From an uncultured Collinsella sp. (GTDB taxonomy: Bacteria; Actinomycetota; Coriobacteriia; Coriobacteriales; Coriobacteriaceae): a DNA stretch of 64,000 bases. The notes under the pieces are model-generated. The model made no database searches and had not been told where the DNA came from. It saw only the letters and a program-made list of their open reading frames with translations. Of this stretch, positions 26,503-37,016 are shown piece by piece. Where the stretch lies: positions 1,725 through 65,724 of the forward strand of contig CALHDP010000164.1 in the NCBI GenBank assembly GCA_938023085.1, read 5' to 3'. The stretch's first letter is position 1. Every line of letters starts with the position of its first letter. The position numbers and the translations under genes were made by a program.

Positions 26503-28513
26503 CATGACGCTGTTTATCGCATCGCTTGCCGTCTCGTGCATCGGTGCGCTCGCCTCGGTTCTGCTGATCAAGGCCGATAGCGCTGCCAAAACCGCCGGCT
26601 GCCTTATCGGCGCCGCCGCCGCGGTGCTTTCGTTTGTGGCCGGTATCCAGGCCGTGCTGGGCGATGTCACGTCGGTCGACACCATCGTGTTTTTCCCGTT
26701 TGCCCATTTCCAGCTGCTGCTCAATCAGCTGTCCGGTCTGTTCGTGGCGCTCATCTCGGTGCTCGCGTTTGCCGGTTCGATCTACGGTCTCAACTACTTT
26801 GATGAGTACCCGGGCAAAAAGGGCCGCGCCGGCTTCTTCTTTAACACCTTCGTGGCGTCCATGATGCTCGTCATCACCGCCGACAACGTGTTTTGGTTCC
26901 TGGTCGCCTTTGAGCTCATGTCGCTGACCTCGTACTTCCTGGTCGTGATCGAGGAGAACGAGAACTCCATCCACGGTGGTTGGCTCTACTTTGTGATCGC
27001 GCACGTGGGCTTTGTGCTCATCATGGCGAGCTTCCTCACCATGACCAACTTCGCCGGTGGCTCCTTTGCCTTTGCGGATTTCCGCGCCACGCAGTTTAGC
27101 CCCGCGGTCGCATCCGTGTGCTTCGTGCTCGCCTTCTTTGGCTTTGGCGCCAAGGCCGGTATCATCCCGTTGCACGGCTGGCTGCCCAAGGCGCATCCCG
27201 AGGCGCCGTCCAACGTGAGTGCCCTCATGTCCGGCGGCATGATCAAGATCGGTATCTTCGGCATCCTCAAGGTGGGCCTCGACCTGCTCTCCGCCTCGGG
27301 CGTTCAGGTCTGGTGGGGCCTTATGGTCATGGTCTTCGGTGCGATCTCGTCGGTCCTCGGCGTGGCCTTCGCCCTGCAGGAGCATGACATCAAGCGCCTG
27401 CTGGCCTATCACTCCGTCGAGAACATCGGCATCATTCTGCTCGGCGTCGGCGCCTCCATGGCCGCCATGGCGCTCAACTCTGTCGGCATCGCCGTCCTGG
27501 CTCTGATGGCTGCCCTCTACCACACGTTTAACCACGCGATGTTTAAGGGCGAGCTGTTCTTGGGCGCCGGTGCGCTGCTGTACTCCACGGGTACGCGCAA
27601 TATGGAGAAGATGGGCGGCCTGTTCCGTCGTATGCCGGCAACGGCCATCTGCTTCCTCGTCGGCGCGCTTGCCATCTCGGCCATCCCGCCCTTCAACGGC
27701 TTTGTGTCCGAGTGGTTTACCTACCAGTCGCTCTTTAACGCCGCCATGCAGGGCGACAAGGCCGTCATGATCGTGGCTGTGTTCGCTGCCGTCGCGCTTG
27801 CCATTACCGGCGCGCTGGCTGTCACGTGCTTCGTCAAGGCCTATGGCGTCTCCTTTGCCTCCGCGCCCCGCTCCGAGGCCGCGGCCAATGCCAAGGAGGT
27901 TCCCGCCCCCATGGTGTTTGCGCAGGGCCTGCTCGCGGCCATCTGCGTCGTGCTGGGCATTGGCGCTCCCGTGATCGCGCCCGTGCTGGTCGATGTCGCC
28001 GCGTCCGTGCTGCATCCGTACGGCGGCGTGTTTGCCACCGAGGGCATGGAGCTCATGAACCAGTACTCCGGCGCTGCCACCTCCACGCCCGCAATCGCCA
28101 TTGCTCTCGTGGTGCTCGTCGGCCTTGCCTGCGGTTATCGCAAGCTCAAGACCGTCGGCAAGGTGCAGAAGTCCCAGCCGTGGGCATGCGGCTATGCTCC
28201 CAACGAGCATATGCCCGTCGTGGCCACGACCTTTGCCTCCGAGGTGTCCTGGTTTATGCAGCCGCTCTACACGCTGCGCGACCGTTGCACGGCCGTCTGC
28301 TGGTCCATCGCGCACTTCTTCCAGAAGCTCACCGGTGTGGCCGAGGCTGTGGAGCCCGTACCCGACAAGGTTCTCGTCGATGCCCCGCATAAGGGTGTCG
28401 AGAAGCTCGCCGACCTCGCGACTAAGCTCGAGGGCGGCAACTACAGCATCTATATCTGCTACATCGTCGCGGCACTCGTGGTGTTCCTCGTGCTCGCCGT
28501 GCAAATGGGTTAA
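26495..28513 (+). CDS. hyfB: Hydrogenase-4 membrane subunit B (NuoL/HycC-like)
   Basis: GFGAKAGIIPLHGWLPKAHPEAPSNVSALMSG, KRLLAYHSVENIG, PPFNGFVSEW. Confidence 0.9.
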   Translation: MDSMTLFIASLAVSCIGALASVLLIKADSAAKTAGCLIGAAAAVLSFVAGIQAVLGDVTSVDTIVFFPFAHFQLLLNQLSGLFVALISVLAFAGSIYGLNYFDEYPGKKGRAGFFFNTFVASMMLVITADNVFWFLVAFELMSLTSYFLVVIEENENSIHGGWLYFVIAHVGFVLIMASFLTMTNFAGGSFAFADFRATQFSPAVASVCFVLAFFGFGAKAGIIPLHGWLPKAHPEAPSNVSALMSGGMIKIGIFGILKVGLDLLSASGVQVWWGLMVMVFGAISSVLGVAFALQEHDIKRLLAYHSVENIGIILLGVGASMAAMALNSVGIAVLALMAALYHTFNHAMFKGELFLGAGALLYSTGTRNMEKMGGLFRRMPATAICFLVGALAISAIPPFNGFVSEWFTYQSLFNAAMQGDKAVMIVAVFAAVALAITGALAVTCFVKAYGVSFASAPRSEAAANAKEVPAPMVFAQGLLAAICVVLGIGAPVIAPVLVDVAASVLHPYGGVFATEGMELMNQYSGAATSTPAIAIALVVLVGLACGYRKLKTVGKVQKSQPWACGYAPNEHMPVVATTFASEVSWFMQPLYTLRDRCTAVCWSIAHFFQKLTGVAEAVEPVPDKVLVDAPHKGVEKLADLATKLEGGNYSIYICYIVAALVVFLVLAVQMG

Positions 28514-28525
28514 GGAGGGGAGAGC

Positions 28526-29452
28526 ATGAACAACATCGTACTTGCCGTTCTGCAGGGCGTTGTCGTTATGGCCGTCGCGCCGTTCTTCTCCGGTCTCGGT
28601 CGCGTTATCCGCGCCAAGATGCACAACCGTCGCGGCCCCAGCATCATGCAGGACTACCGCGACCTGGCCAAGCTCTTTGCGCGCCCCGAGTCCCAGAGCG
28701 AGGACGCGAGCTTTGCGCTGCGCATCATGCCGCCGCTGTTCTTCGCCGTCGCCTTTATGCTCGCGATGGGTCTGCCGCTCTTTACGGCACAAAGCCCCAT
28801 CCCGGTCTTTGGTGACGCCATCACCATCATGTACAGCCTGGCGCTCGCCCGCTTCTTCTTCGCCCTCTGCGGTGTGGATTCGTCCAACGCCTACGCCGGT
28901 ATCGGCGGCGTCCGCGAGCTGCTCATGAGCGTGCTCATCGAGCCGTCCATGCTGCTGGCGTTGTTTGCCGCCGCCCTGGTGTGCGGCTCCACCGATATCG
29001 CCACCATGGGTCAGCACATCATGACGGGCGCCATCGACGCGCCGGTCGCCGTGATCCTCGCCGGCATCGCCTTTGCGATTGCCTGCTACATGGAACTCGG
29101 CAAGCTGCCGTTTGATCAGGCCGAGGCCGAGCAAGAGCTTCAGGAAGGTCCGCTCGCCGAGCTTTCCGGCCCGTCGCTCGCCATGGCCAAGCTTGCCATG
29201 TCTATGAAACAGGTTCTGGTCGTCGCTTGGTTCTGCGCGATCTTCGTCCCCTGGGGCGAGCCCGCGACCGTGGGCGCCGCCGCCGTTCTGGGCGCCGTCA
29301 TCTTCCTGGTGAAGTGCCTTATCGACTTTGTCGTGTGCGGCGTGATCGAGAACTCCTGCTCGCGCTCGCGTTTTAAGGTACTCGGTAATCAGACCTGGGC
29401 CGTCGTGGGCATCGCCGTTCTGGCGTTTGTCTTCGTGGTCGTCGGCGTGTAG
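28526..29452 (+). CDS. hyfC: Hydrogenase-4 membrane subunit C (NuoH/HycD-like)
   Basis: RAKMHNRRGP, KLPFDQAEAEQELQEGPLAE. Confidence 0.9.
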   Translation: MNNIVLAVLQGVVVMAVAPFFSGLGRVIRAKMHNRRGPSIMQDYRDLAKLFARPESQSEDASFALRIMPPLFFAVAFMLAMGLPLFTAQSPIPVFGDAITIMYSLALARFFFALCGVDSSNAYAGIGGVRELLMSVLIEPSMLLALFAAALVCGSTDIATMGQHIMTGAIDAPVAVILAGIAFAIACYMELGKLPFDQAEAEQELQEGPLAELSGPSLAMAKLAMSMKQVLVVAWFCAIFVPWGEPATVGAAAVLGAVIFLVKCLIDFVVCGVIENSCSRSRFKVLGNQTWAVVGIAVLAFVFVVVGV

Positions 29453-29467
29453 GAGAAGGGAGAAACA

Positions 29468-30925
29468 ATGTCATTTGCAGTCAGTCTGTCCCTTCTCGGC
29501 TTGGTCGCTATCGCGGCCCCGATGGTGGCCTCGGTGCTCGTCGCCCTGTTCCCCCGTCCGTACGCCAAGTGGTTCAGCGTTTTGGGTGCCGCCGTCTCGA
29601 CGGCCTGCACCATCGCCCTCGCCGCGAATTTCGCTGGCGCCGGCATGCCCGACACGCAGGTCCCCCTGATCTCGTTTGGGCAGACCCTCGTCATGGGATT
29701 CACCTTCGATCGCATGAGCACGCTCCTCGCGCCCGCCTTTGTGGGTATCGGCCTGCTTGTCGTGATCTATTCGATTCCCTATATGAGCGAGAATAACCGT
29801 GAGCATCCCGACGCACCGCGTCGTCGCTTCTACGCGTATCTCGCGACCTTCATCGGTGCCATGGCCGGCCTCGTGTACAGCTCGACCCTTTTGGGTCAGC
29901 TCGTGTTCTTTGAGATCACGGGTGCCTGCTCTTGGGGCCTCATCAGCTACTATATGTCGCCTACGGCCAAGAAGGCCGGCATGAAGGCCCTGATCATTAC
30001 GCATATCGGTGCGCTCGGCCTGTATCTGGGCGCCGCCATCGTGTTTGCCCACACCGGCACCTTCGCCATTACCGCGATTGCCGGCCTCGACGCCAAGATC
30101 AAGGCTATCGTCCTTTTGCTCGTGCTGTTTGCGGCCTGGGCCAAGTCCGCACAGGTTCCCATGTACATGTGGCTGCCTTCGGCCATGGAGGCGCCGACGC
30201 CTGTTTCGGCCTACCTGCATGGTGCCTCGATGGTTAAGGTCGGCGTGTGCGTGTTCGCGCGCGCACTCGTCTCTGCCGGCGAGATTCCCGAGATCGTGGG
30301 CTGGGTCGCCATTATCGACGCCATGGTCACCATGCTCTTTGGCTTCCTGATGTACCTGCCGCAAAAGGACATGAAGCGCCTGCTGGCCTTTTCCACGATC
30401 GCCCAGCTCTCCTATGTGTTCTTTGGTCTGGGCCTTTCGGTCTTTGGCAGCCAGCTCGCCTTCGATGGTGCCGTGTGCCACATCTTTAACCACGCCTTCG
30501 CCAAGACCCTGTTCTTCCTGATCGCGGGTTCGTTCTCCTTTACGCTCGGCACGCGTATGCTGCCCAAGCTGCGCGGCATCGTAAAGAAGTACCCGATCTC
30601 GGGTGTGGGCTTTGGTGTGGCGGCGCTCGCCATTGCCGGCGTGCCGCCCATGAACACGTTCTTCTCGAAGTTCCAGATCATCGCCGGTGGCTTCTCTGTG
30701 GGTGCCGGCAACGTCGCGATCCTGGTGCTCGTGTGCATCATGGTCGCCGAGACCGTCGCCACCTTTGCCTGGTTCCTCAAGTGGATGGGCTATTGCCTGC
30801 CCGGCGAGCCGAGCGAAGAGGTCGCTGCGGGAGCCCCGCTTCCCCGCGCGATGGCGTTCGTGTTCATCGTGCTCATCATCATGGTCATCGTCAGCGGCCC
30901 GCTTTCGGCCAGCTGGATCGGTTAG
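29468..30925 (+). CDS. hyfD: Hydrogenase-4 membrane subunit D
   Basis: AWAKSAQVP..WLPSAMEAPTPVSAYLHGASMVKVG, QKDMKRLLAFSTIAQLSY. Confidence 0.9.
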   Translation: MSFAVSLSLLGLVAIAAPMVASVLVALFPRPYAKWFSVLGAAVSTACTIALAANFAGAGMPDTQVPLISFGQTLVMGFTFDRMSTLLAPAFVGIGLLVVIYSIPYMSENNREHPDAPRRRFYAYLATFIGAMAGLVYSSTLLGQLVFFEITGACSWGLISYYMSPTAKKAGMKALIITHIGALGLYLGAAIVFAHTGTFAITAIAGLDAKIKAIVLLLVLFAAWAKSAQVPMYMWLPSAMEAPTPVSAYLHGASMVKVGVCVFARALVSAGEIPEIVGWVAIIDAMVTMLFGFLMYLPQKDMKRLLAFSTIAQLSYVFFGLGLSVFGSQLAFDGAVCHIFNHAFAKTLFFLIAGSFSFTLGTRMLPKLRGIVKKYPISGVGFGVAALAIAGVPPMNTFFSKFQIIAGGFSVGAGNVAILVLVCIMVAETVATFAWFLKWMGYCLPGEPSEEVAAGAPLPRAMAFVFIVLIIMVIVSGPLSASWIG

Positions 30926-30938
30926 GAGGTAGAACGAC

Positions 30939-31592
30939 ATGGGTTATTCGATCGTCAACATCCTTGGCGGCCTTCTGATCGTCACGTCCACCATGGTGGT
31001 CGTCTCCAAGAACATCAAGCACGCCATCCGCTGGTATGCGGTGCAGTCGCTGGTGCTCGTGGGACTGCTCGCTACGCTCGGTGCCACTACCGGTGCGCAG
31101 GAGCTGCTTATGTGGGCCGGATCCGCCTTTATCACCAAGGTCGTCCTGGTTCCTTATATCCTCAACCGCGCATACAAGAAGATGGGCGAGCCGAGCGATG
31201 CATCGCTCAAGGCCGGCCTTAAGCCCGCGTGGGCCATCTGCATCATCGCCGTCGAGGTCGCGATCTGCTTTGCCGTCGTGACGCAGATCAGCCTGCCCAC
31301 GGCCGAGGTCGCAACGCCTGCGCTCGCCATTAGCTTCGCTCACTTCTTTGTGGGCCTCACCTGCATCATCTCGCAGCGCAACATCATGAAGCAGATCTTT
31401 GGTTACTGCCTTATGGAAAACGGCAGCCACGTGACGCTCGCGCTTTTGGCCCCCACCGCTCCCGAGATCATCGAGATCGGTATCGCCACCGACGCCATCT
31501 TTGCCGTCATCATCATGTCCATCGTCGTGCGTCGCATTTGGGACGACTCCCACTCGCTCGATGCGCGCGACCTGTCCGAGCTGAGGGGGTAG
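30939..31592 (+). CDS. hyfE: Hydrogenase-4 membrane subunit E
   Basis: QRNIMKQIFGYCLMENGSH, EIGIATDA. Confidence 0.9.
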   Translation: MGYSIVNILGGLLIVTSTMVVVSKNIKHAIRWYAVQSLVLVGLLATLGATTGAQELLMWAGSAFITKVVLVPYILNRAYKKMGEPSDASLKAGLKPAWAICIIAVEVAICFAVVTQISLPTAEVATPALAISFAHFFVGLTCIISQRNIMKQIFGYCLMENGSHVTLALLAPTAPEIIEIGIATDAIFAVIIMSIVVRRIWDDSHSLDARDLSELRG

Positions 31593-31595
31593 TCC

Positions 31596-33155
31596 ATGGA
31601 AACGTTGATTCTCGCCCTGCTCGCGACTCCTTTGGTGTTCTCGCTGGTCATGGCGTTTTTGCCCAAGAACACGTCCTATAACGTGTTTGCCGGTCTCAAC
31701 CTGGTCTCCGTCGCAGCCGTCCTGGTGCTGTCGATTATGACGGCCGGTGACGCCCTTATGAGCGGCGAAACCGCAAGCGCTCTTGGCCTGTGGTTCCACC
31801 TCGATTCACTGGGCGCCATCTTTGTGCTGCTCATCGGCTTTATCGGTTTTCTTACGGGGCTGTTCTCGCTGCCCTATGTAAAGGCCGATATCGAGGAGGG
31901 CTCCATGCCAGCCGAGCGCGCCAAGCAGTATTTTGCGCTGTTTAGCCTGTTCGTGTTCACCATGCTGCTCGCGTGCCTGTCCAACAACATGATCCTCACG
32001 TGGGCCGCCGTGGAGGCAACCACGCTTTCCACCGTGTTCCTCGTGGGTATTTACAAGAACAAGACGGCCCTCGAGGCTTCTTGGAAGTATGCGATGGTCT
32101 GCACCGCCGGCGTGGCCTTTGGCCTGTTCGGTACGCTGCTGATCTACGCCAACGCCGCCGACGTGATTCCCAACGCCCACGAGGCCGCATTCCTGTCGTG
32201 CGTGCTGCCGTATGCCGACCAGTTCGACCCGACGCTCATGCGCCTCGCCTTTGCGTTTATCGTGATCGGCTTTGGCACCAAGGCCGGCCTGTTCCCCATG
32301 CACACTTGGCTGCCCGATGCCCACTCTCAGGCCCCGAGCCCTGTCTCGGCCCTGCTCTCGGGTGTGTTGCTTAAGTGCGCCATGCTTGTGATCATGCGCT
32401 TCTACGGCTTTACTATCCAGGCCGTGGGCGCCGAGTATCCGCAACTTTTGCTGCTGATCGTCGGCACGCTGTCCATTTTGGTGGCGGCGCTTTCGATGTT
32501 TCGCCAGGACGACCTCAAGCGCCGCTTTGCGTACTCCTCTGTGGAGAACGTGGGCGTTATCGCCCTGTGCCTGGGTATCGGTGGCCCGCTGGGTATCGCC
32601 GCGGCCCTGCTGCACTGCGTGTTCCACGGCTTTACCAAGACGCTTGCCTTCTGCGTGTCCGGCAACATCCAGCACGCCTTTGGCACGCGTAGCCTGGCCA
32701 AGATCCAGGGCGTCGTCGAGGTTGCCCCCGCAACCGCCGCGCTCGCCATCCTGGCGCTGCTCGGTCTTGGTGCCTTCCCGCCCTTTGGCATGTTTATCTC
32801 CGAGTTCCTGACTTTTGTCGCCGGTGTTACCGCCGGTCCCATGTGGCTGGTCGTCGTGGTCGCCCTCGGTCTTACCGTGGCCATCTCCGCGCTCACCCGC
32901 ATCGCACTCAAGTCGGTGTTCGGCCATGCGCCCCAGGGCATGGGCAAGCATGAGGCCCCGGCGCTCATGCTTATCCCCGAAATCATCCTGGCTGTCATGA
33001 TCTTGTGGTTTGGCATCGCCACCCCGCTGCCCCTCGTGCACGGTGTGGAGACCGCGACCGGCATCGTGCTCGAGCAGAGCACCGAGGAACTTCACGCGAC
33101 GCCGATGTACCGCGCTGTGTTCGGTACCGAGACCGCTCAGAGCGAGGTGGAGTAA
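31596..33155 (+). CDS. hyfF: Hydrogenase-4 membrane subunit F
   Basis: WAAVEATTLS, LEASWKY, GFGTKAGLFPMHTWLPDAHSQAPSP. Confidence 0.9.
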   Translation: METLILALLATPLVFSLVMAFLPKNTSYNVFAGLNLVSVAAVLVLSIMTAGDALMSGETASALGLWFHLDSLGAIFVLLIGFIGFLTGLFSLPYVKADIEEGSMPAERAKQYFALFSLFVFTMLLACLSNNMILTWAAVEATTLSTVFLVGIYKNKTALEASWKYAMVCTAGVAFGLFGTLLIYANAADVIPNAHEAAFLSCVLPYADQFDPTLMRLAFAFIVIGFGTKAGLFPMHTWLPDAHSQAPSPVSALLSGVLLKCAMLVIMRFYGFTIQAVGAEYPQLLLLIVGTLSILVAALSMFRQDDLKRRFAYSSVENVGVIALCLGIGGPLGIAAALLHCVFHGFTKTLAFCVSGNIQHAFGTRSLAKIQGVVEVAPATAALAILALLGLGAFPPFGMFISEFLTFVAGVTAGPMWLVVVVALGLTVAISALTRIALKSVFGHAPQGMGKHEAPALMLIPEIILAVMILWFGIATPLPLVHGVETATGIVLEQSTEELHATPMYRAVFGTETAQSEVE

Positions 33156-33158
33156 CGA

Positions 33159-34931
33159 ATGATTGAAACTGAGAACAAGGTGTATGCCCGTCGCTGCGAG
33201 AGCCATGTCGAGGCCCTGCGCCGCGCCGTTCCGGGCTGCATCGAGAAGGTCGAGTGGCAGTGTGAGGACCAGCTGACGATTACCGTCAAGCAGGACAAGC
33301 TGCCCGAGGCCGTCCACTACCTGTATTACGAGCGCTACGGCTGGATTCCCGTGATCATCGGCAACGACGAGCGCAGTCTGTGCGGCCGTTACGCCGTGTA
33401 CTACGTCATCTCCATGGAGGGGGAGGACCCCGGCTGGGTGACCGTGCGCACCGAGGTCGATCCCGCCAAGATGACGTTCCCGTCCGTGACGCCGTTCGTC
33501 CCCGCCTGCGTGTGGGGCGAGCGCGAGCTGCGCGATATGTTCGGCCTGATTCCCGAGGGCCTTCCCGATCGTCGCCGCCTGGTGCTGCCCGATGACTGGC
33601 CCAGCGGCCTGTACCCGCTGCGCAAGGACTCCATGGACTACCGCTTCCGTCCCGCTCCCGCGAGCGACATGGAAAACTACGAGTTCTTGGCCGATACCAA
33701 GGGCAAGGAGACCACGCTTGTCCCCATGGGCCCGCTGCACATTACCTCCGACGAGCCCGGCCACTTCCGCCTGTTCGTCGAGGGCGAGACGATCGTCGAC
33801 GCCGACTACCGTCTGTTCTACGTGCACCGCGGCATGGAGAAGGTCGCCGAGACGCGCCTGAACTATGACGCCGTGACGTTCCTCGCCGACCGTATCTGCG
33901 GCATCTGCGGCTGCGCCCACTCGGTGGCCTACGCCGAGGCCGTCGAGCGCGCCCAGGGCATTCATGTCCCGCCGCGCGCCCAGTACATCCGCGCCATCAT
34001 GCTCGAGGTCGAGCGCCTGCACTCGCATCTGCTCAACATTGGCCTGGCGTCGCACTACACGGGCTTCGATTCCGGCTTCCAGCAGTTCTTCCGCGTCCGC
34101 GAGAAGTCCATGGACCTGGCCGAGAAGCTCTCCGGTCACCGCAAGACCTACGGCCTCAACGTGATCGGCGGCGTGCGTCGCGACATTTTGGCCGAGCAGA
34201 AGCTCTCCACGCTCACGACCATCCACCAGCTGCGCTCCGAGGTTCAGGAACTCGTCGACGTGCTGCTCTCCACGCCCAACTTTATCGAGCGTACGAGCGG
34301 CATCGGCATCTTGGACCGCAAGATCGCACGTGACTTCTCGCCGGTCGGCCCGCTCATGCGTGGCTCGGGCTATGCCCGCGACGTGCGCTTTGACCATCCC
34401 TTCGACGGCTACGCCGATCCGGACGTCCAAAAGATGCACGCCGCCACGGCCGACACCTGCGATGCCTTCGGCCGTACCGCCGTTCGCATCCAGGAGGTCT
34501 ACGATTCGATCGACATGATTGAGACCATGCTCGAGAACTGCCCGTCGGGCCCCATCCTCACCACGGATTGGGAGTACACCCCGCACAAGTACGCCATCGG
34601 CGCCACCGAGGCGCCGCGCGGCGAGGACGTGCACTGGGCTATGCTTGGCAACAACCAGAAGTGCTACCGCTGGCGCGCCAAGGCCGCCACGTACAGCAAC
34701 TGGCCGGTTCTGCGCTACATGTTCCGCGGCAACACCGTGGGCGATGCGGCGCTGATCGTCGGCTCGCTCGACCCGTGCTACTCCTGCACCGACCGCGTGA
34801 CGGTGACCGATGTCGCCGCCAAGCGCGACCACGTGCTCGACAAGGAGCAGTTCGAGAACGTCTGGCGCGACAAGTCGCCGCTTGCGGGCGAGGGCACCAT
34901 GGCCGCTCCGCTCGATGAGGAGGCGCTCTAA
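33159..34931 (+). CDS. hyfG: [NiFe]-hydrogenase group 4a large subunit (HyfG/HycE)
   Basis: L1 RICGICGCAH and L2 DPCYSCTDR motifs, N-terminal NuoC-like domain, cleavable C-terminal tail. Confidence 0.95.
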   Translation: MIETENKVYARRCESHVEALRRAVPGCIEKVEWQCEDQLTITVKQDKLPEAVHYLYYERYGWIPVIIGNDERSLCGRYAVYYVISMEGEDPGWVTVRTEVDPAKMTFPSVTPFVPACVWGERELRDMFGLIPEGLPDRRRLVLPDDWPSGLYPLRKDSMDYRFRPAPASDMENYEFLADTKGKETTLVPMGPLHITSDEPGHFRLFVEGETIVDADYRLFYVHRGMEKVAETRLNYDAVTFLADRICGICGCAHSVAYAEAVERAQGIHVPPRAQYIRAIMLEVERLHSHLLNIGLASHYTGFDSGFQQFFRVREKSMDLAEKLSGHRKTYGLNVIGGVRRDILAEQKLSTLTTIHQLRSEVQELVDVLLSTPNFIERTSGIGILDRKIARDFSPVGPLMRGSGYARDVRFDHPFDGYADPDVQKMHAATADTCDAFGRTAVRIQEVYDSIDMIETMLENCPSGPILTTDWEYTPHKYAIGATEAPRGEDVHWAMLGNNQKCYRWRAKAATYSNWPVLRYMFRGNTVGDAALIVGSLDPCYSCTDRVTVTDVAAKRDHVLDKEQFENVWRDKSPLAGEGTMAAPLDEEAL

Positions 34932-34932
34932 T

Positions 34933-35649
34933 ATGCTGAAGCTTTGGAAGGTTAACGCCAAGGCCGGCGACGCGACGGTCAAGTACCCGTTTGCGCCGTT
35001 CCCCACCAACAAGGACATGCGCGGCAAGCCCGAGCACAACGCCGAGCTCTGCATCGCCTGCGGAGCCTGCGGCGTGGCGTGCCCGGCCGATGCCATTCGC
35101 ATGGACACCGACCTTGCGGCCGATACCATCACCTGGTCGATCGACTACGGTCGCTGCATCTTTTGCGGCCGCTGCGAGGAAGCCTGCCCCATGGAGGCCA
35201 TCAAGCTCACCGAGGAGTTTGAGCTGGCCGTCATGAGCAAGGACGACCTCACCAGCAAGAGCGTCTATACGCTCGAGCATTGCTCGCGCTGCGGCAAGCC
35301 GTTTGCCCCGCACAAGGAGATCGACTACGCCAAGCGTCTGCTGCAAAAGGCCGGCGGCATGGAGGCCGAGCAGGCTGCCCGTACCGTCGGTATGTGCCAG
35401 GAGTGCAAGCGCGAGCTCGACGCCCTGCGCGCCGCCTCGGCCGTAAAGACCGGCAACGCTGCCGGCATGGCTGCCAACGAGACGCTTGCGTCCGGCGAGC
35501 CCCAGGGCCCCGGCATGGAGTATCTGGGCGGCCACGGCGTGAACCCGGAGTATATCGACCGCGAGCTCAACCCCGATGCGCCCGAGATTCCCGCCGGTCC
35601 GGCGCCGGTCGAGGGCATCATCATGGATTTTGATACGAAGGAGGAGTAA
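34933..35649 (+). CDS. hyfH: FHL Fe-S subunit (HyfH/HycF, NuoI-like)
   Basis: ATVKYPF, CIACGACGVACP, CIFCGRCEEACP. Confidence 0.9.
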   Translation: MLKLWKVNAKAGDATVKYPFAPFPTNKDMRGKPEHNAELCIACGACGVACPADAIRMDTDLAADTITWSIDYGRCIFCGRCEEACPMEAIKLTEEFELAVMSKDDLTSKSVYTLEHCSRCGKPFAPHKEIDYAKRLLQKAGGMEAEQAARTVGMCQECKRELDALRAASAVKTGNAAGMAANETLASGEPQGPGMEYLGGHGVNPEYIDRELNPDAPEIPAGPAPVEGIIMDFDTKEE

Positions 35650-35651
35650 CC

Positions 35652-36434
35652 ATGGCCGAACCCACGCTTTTGCCCGAGCGGCTTCAGTACCGCCCGACCA
35701 AGATCGAGCTCGACGAGAGCATCGAGAAGGCCAAGGAGACCCTTCTTAAGAAGATCAAGCGCTCGGTGTACGTCTACCGTGTCGACTGCGGCGGCTGCAA
35801 CGGCTGCGAGATCGAGATCTTCGGTTCCATCACGCCCGTCTTCGACGTCGAGCGCTTTGGCATCAAGGTCGTGCCCTCGCCCCGTCACGCCGATGTGCTG
35901 CTGTACACCGGCGCCGTGACGCGTGCCATGCGCATGCCGGCCCTGCGCGCCTTTGAGGCCGCACCCGATCCCAAGATCGTGGTGTCCTATGGCGCGTGCG
36001 GCTGCACCGGCGGCATCTTCTACGATAACTACTGCGTCTGGGGCGGTACGGACAAGATTCTGCCGGTCGATGTCTACATCCCCGGCTGCCCGCCCAGCCC
36101 CGCGCAGACCGTCTACGGCTTTGCCATGGCGCTCGGTCTGCTGGACCAAAAGCTCCATGCCGAGACCACGGTGGAGGCCGCCGGCGAGCAGGCCGACATC
36201 TTGCACCCCGGCGTGCCGTACAAGCTGCGCGTTGCCATCGAGCGCGAGGCTCGCGCCATGAGCGGCTACCGTTACGGCCGCGATCTCGCCAACGAGTTTA
36301 TGGATACGCTCGAGGGCGCGCCCAAGGGCGATGTCCGCGGTGCCATGGCGCTGCTCATCGACAAGCAGGACGATCCGCGCCGCGTCGAGGTGTACTCGGC
36401 GCTGCAGGATCTGGTGCTGGCCGGAGGTCGCTAG
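35652..36434 (+). CDS. hyfI: [NiFe]-hydrogenase small subunit (HyfI/HycG)
   Basis: DCGGCNGCEIE, SPRHAD, GACG..GG, VYIPGCPP. Confidence 0.93.
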   Translation: MAEPTLLPERLQYRPTKIELDESIEKAKETLLKKIKRSVYVYRVDCGGCNGCEIEIFGSITPVFDVERFGIKVVPSPRHADVLLYTGAVTRAMRMPALRAFEAAPDPKIVVSYGACGCTGGIFYDNYCVWGGTDKILPVDVYIPGCPPSPAQTVYGFAMALGLLDQKLHAETTVEAAGEQADILHPGVPYKLRVAIEREARAMSGYRYGRDLANEFMDTLEGAPKGDVRGAMALLIDKQDDPRRVEVYSALQDLVLAGGR

Positions 36435-37016
36435 ATGGAGCTCACGGACCGCTCTGGTTACTTTGCGGGCCCCGGCATGCTCGGCGGCTCCTTTGGCGAT
36501 GCCTCGCGCGCAAGCGGCGAGGCTGCCGAGGGCGTCGCCGACCCCTGCCTGGGCCATGCGCCCGATCAGGTGGTCTTTTACGAGCTCACGCGTAAGTTTG
36601 TGGAGACCGAGGAAGACGTTCCCCAGGAGGCCTGCGACGTGCTGTACTACACGCTCGCCGTGGGCCACCACACCGGCGTGCTCGATTGCTTTGAGCCGCG
36701 CCTGTCGGTGCCGGTTGATGTGTTCTATACGCTTATCGACGCGCTGCCGGAGGGGGAGGCCAAGACCAAGTTCGAGGCCATCCGTTCCTTTGGCGAGTGC
36801 CAGCTTGACAAGGCGGCGGTGCCGTCGCTACTCGAGGTCTGCGATACGCTGCTCGACGAGCGCGGTTTTCGCGGCTCGGCCAAGGCCGGCATCTCGGTGT
36901 TCGATGACGACTTTGGCCTGCATGCCCAGCAGGTCGCGTTCTTAATGAAGTTTCGCGATCTGGTTGAGCGTGTGCGCGATGTGTCGGGCGTGTATCTGAC
37001 GGGGAGGCTACAGTAA
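36435..37016 (+). CDS. hycH: FHL maturation protein (HyfJ/HycH)
   Basis: VVFYELTRKFV, YYTLAVGHHTGVLDC, FGE. Confidence 0.85.
   Translation: MELTDRSGYFAGPGMLGGSFGDASRASGEAAEGVADPCLGHAPDQVVFYELTRKFVETEEDVPQEACDVLYYTLAVGHHTGVLDCFEPRLSVPVDVFYTLIDALPEGEAKTKFEAIRSFGECQLDKAAVPSLLEVCDTLLDERGFRGSAKAGISVFDDDFGLHAQQVAFLMKFRDLVERVRDVSGVYLTGRLQ

Noticed and set aside
33159..34931. [NiFeSe] hydrogenase
   Set aside because: The L2 motif is DPCYSC with Cys codons and no in-frame UGA
26444..35132. Very long minus-strand ORFs (896, 489 and 1108 aa), and similar ones opposite xdh, tig and valS
   Set aside because: Antisense shadows of real genes caused by GC-rich codon bias; no recognisable domains
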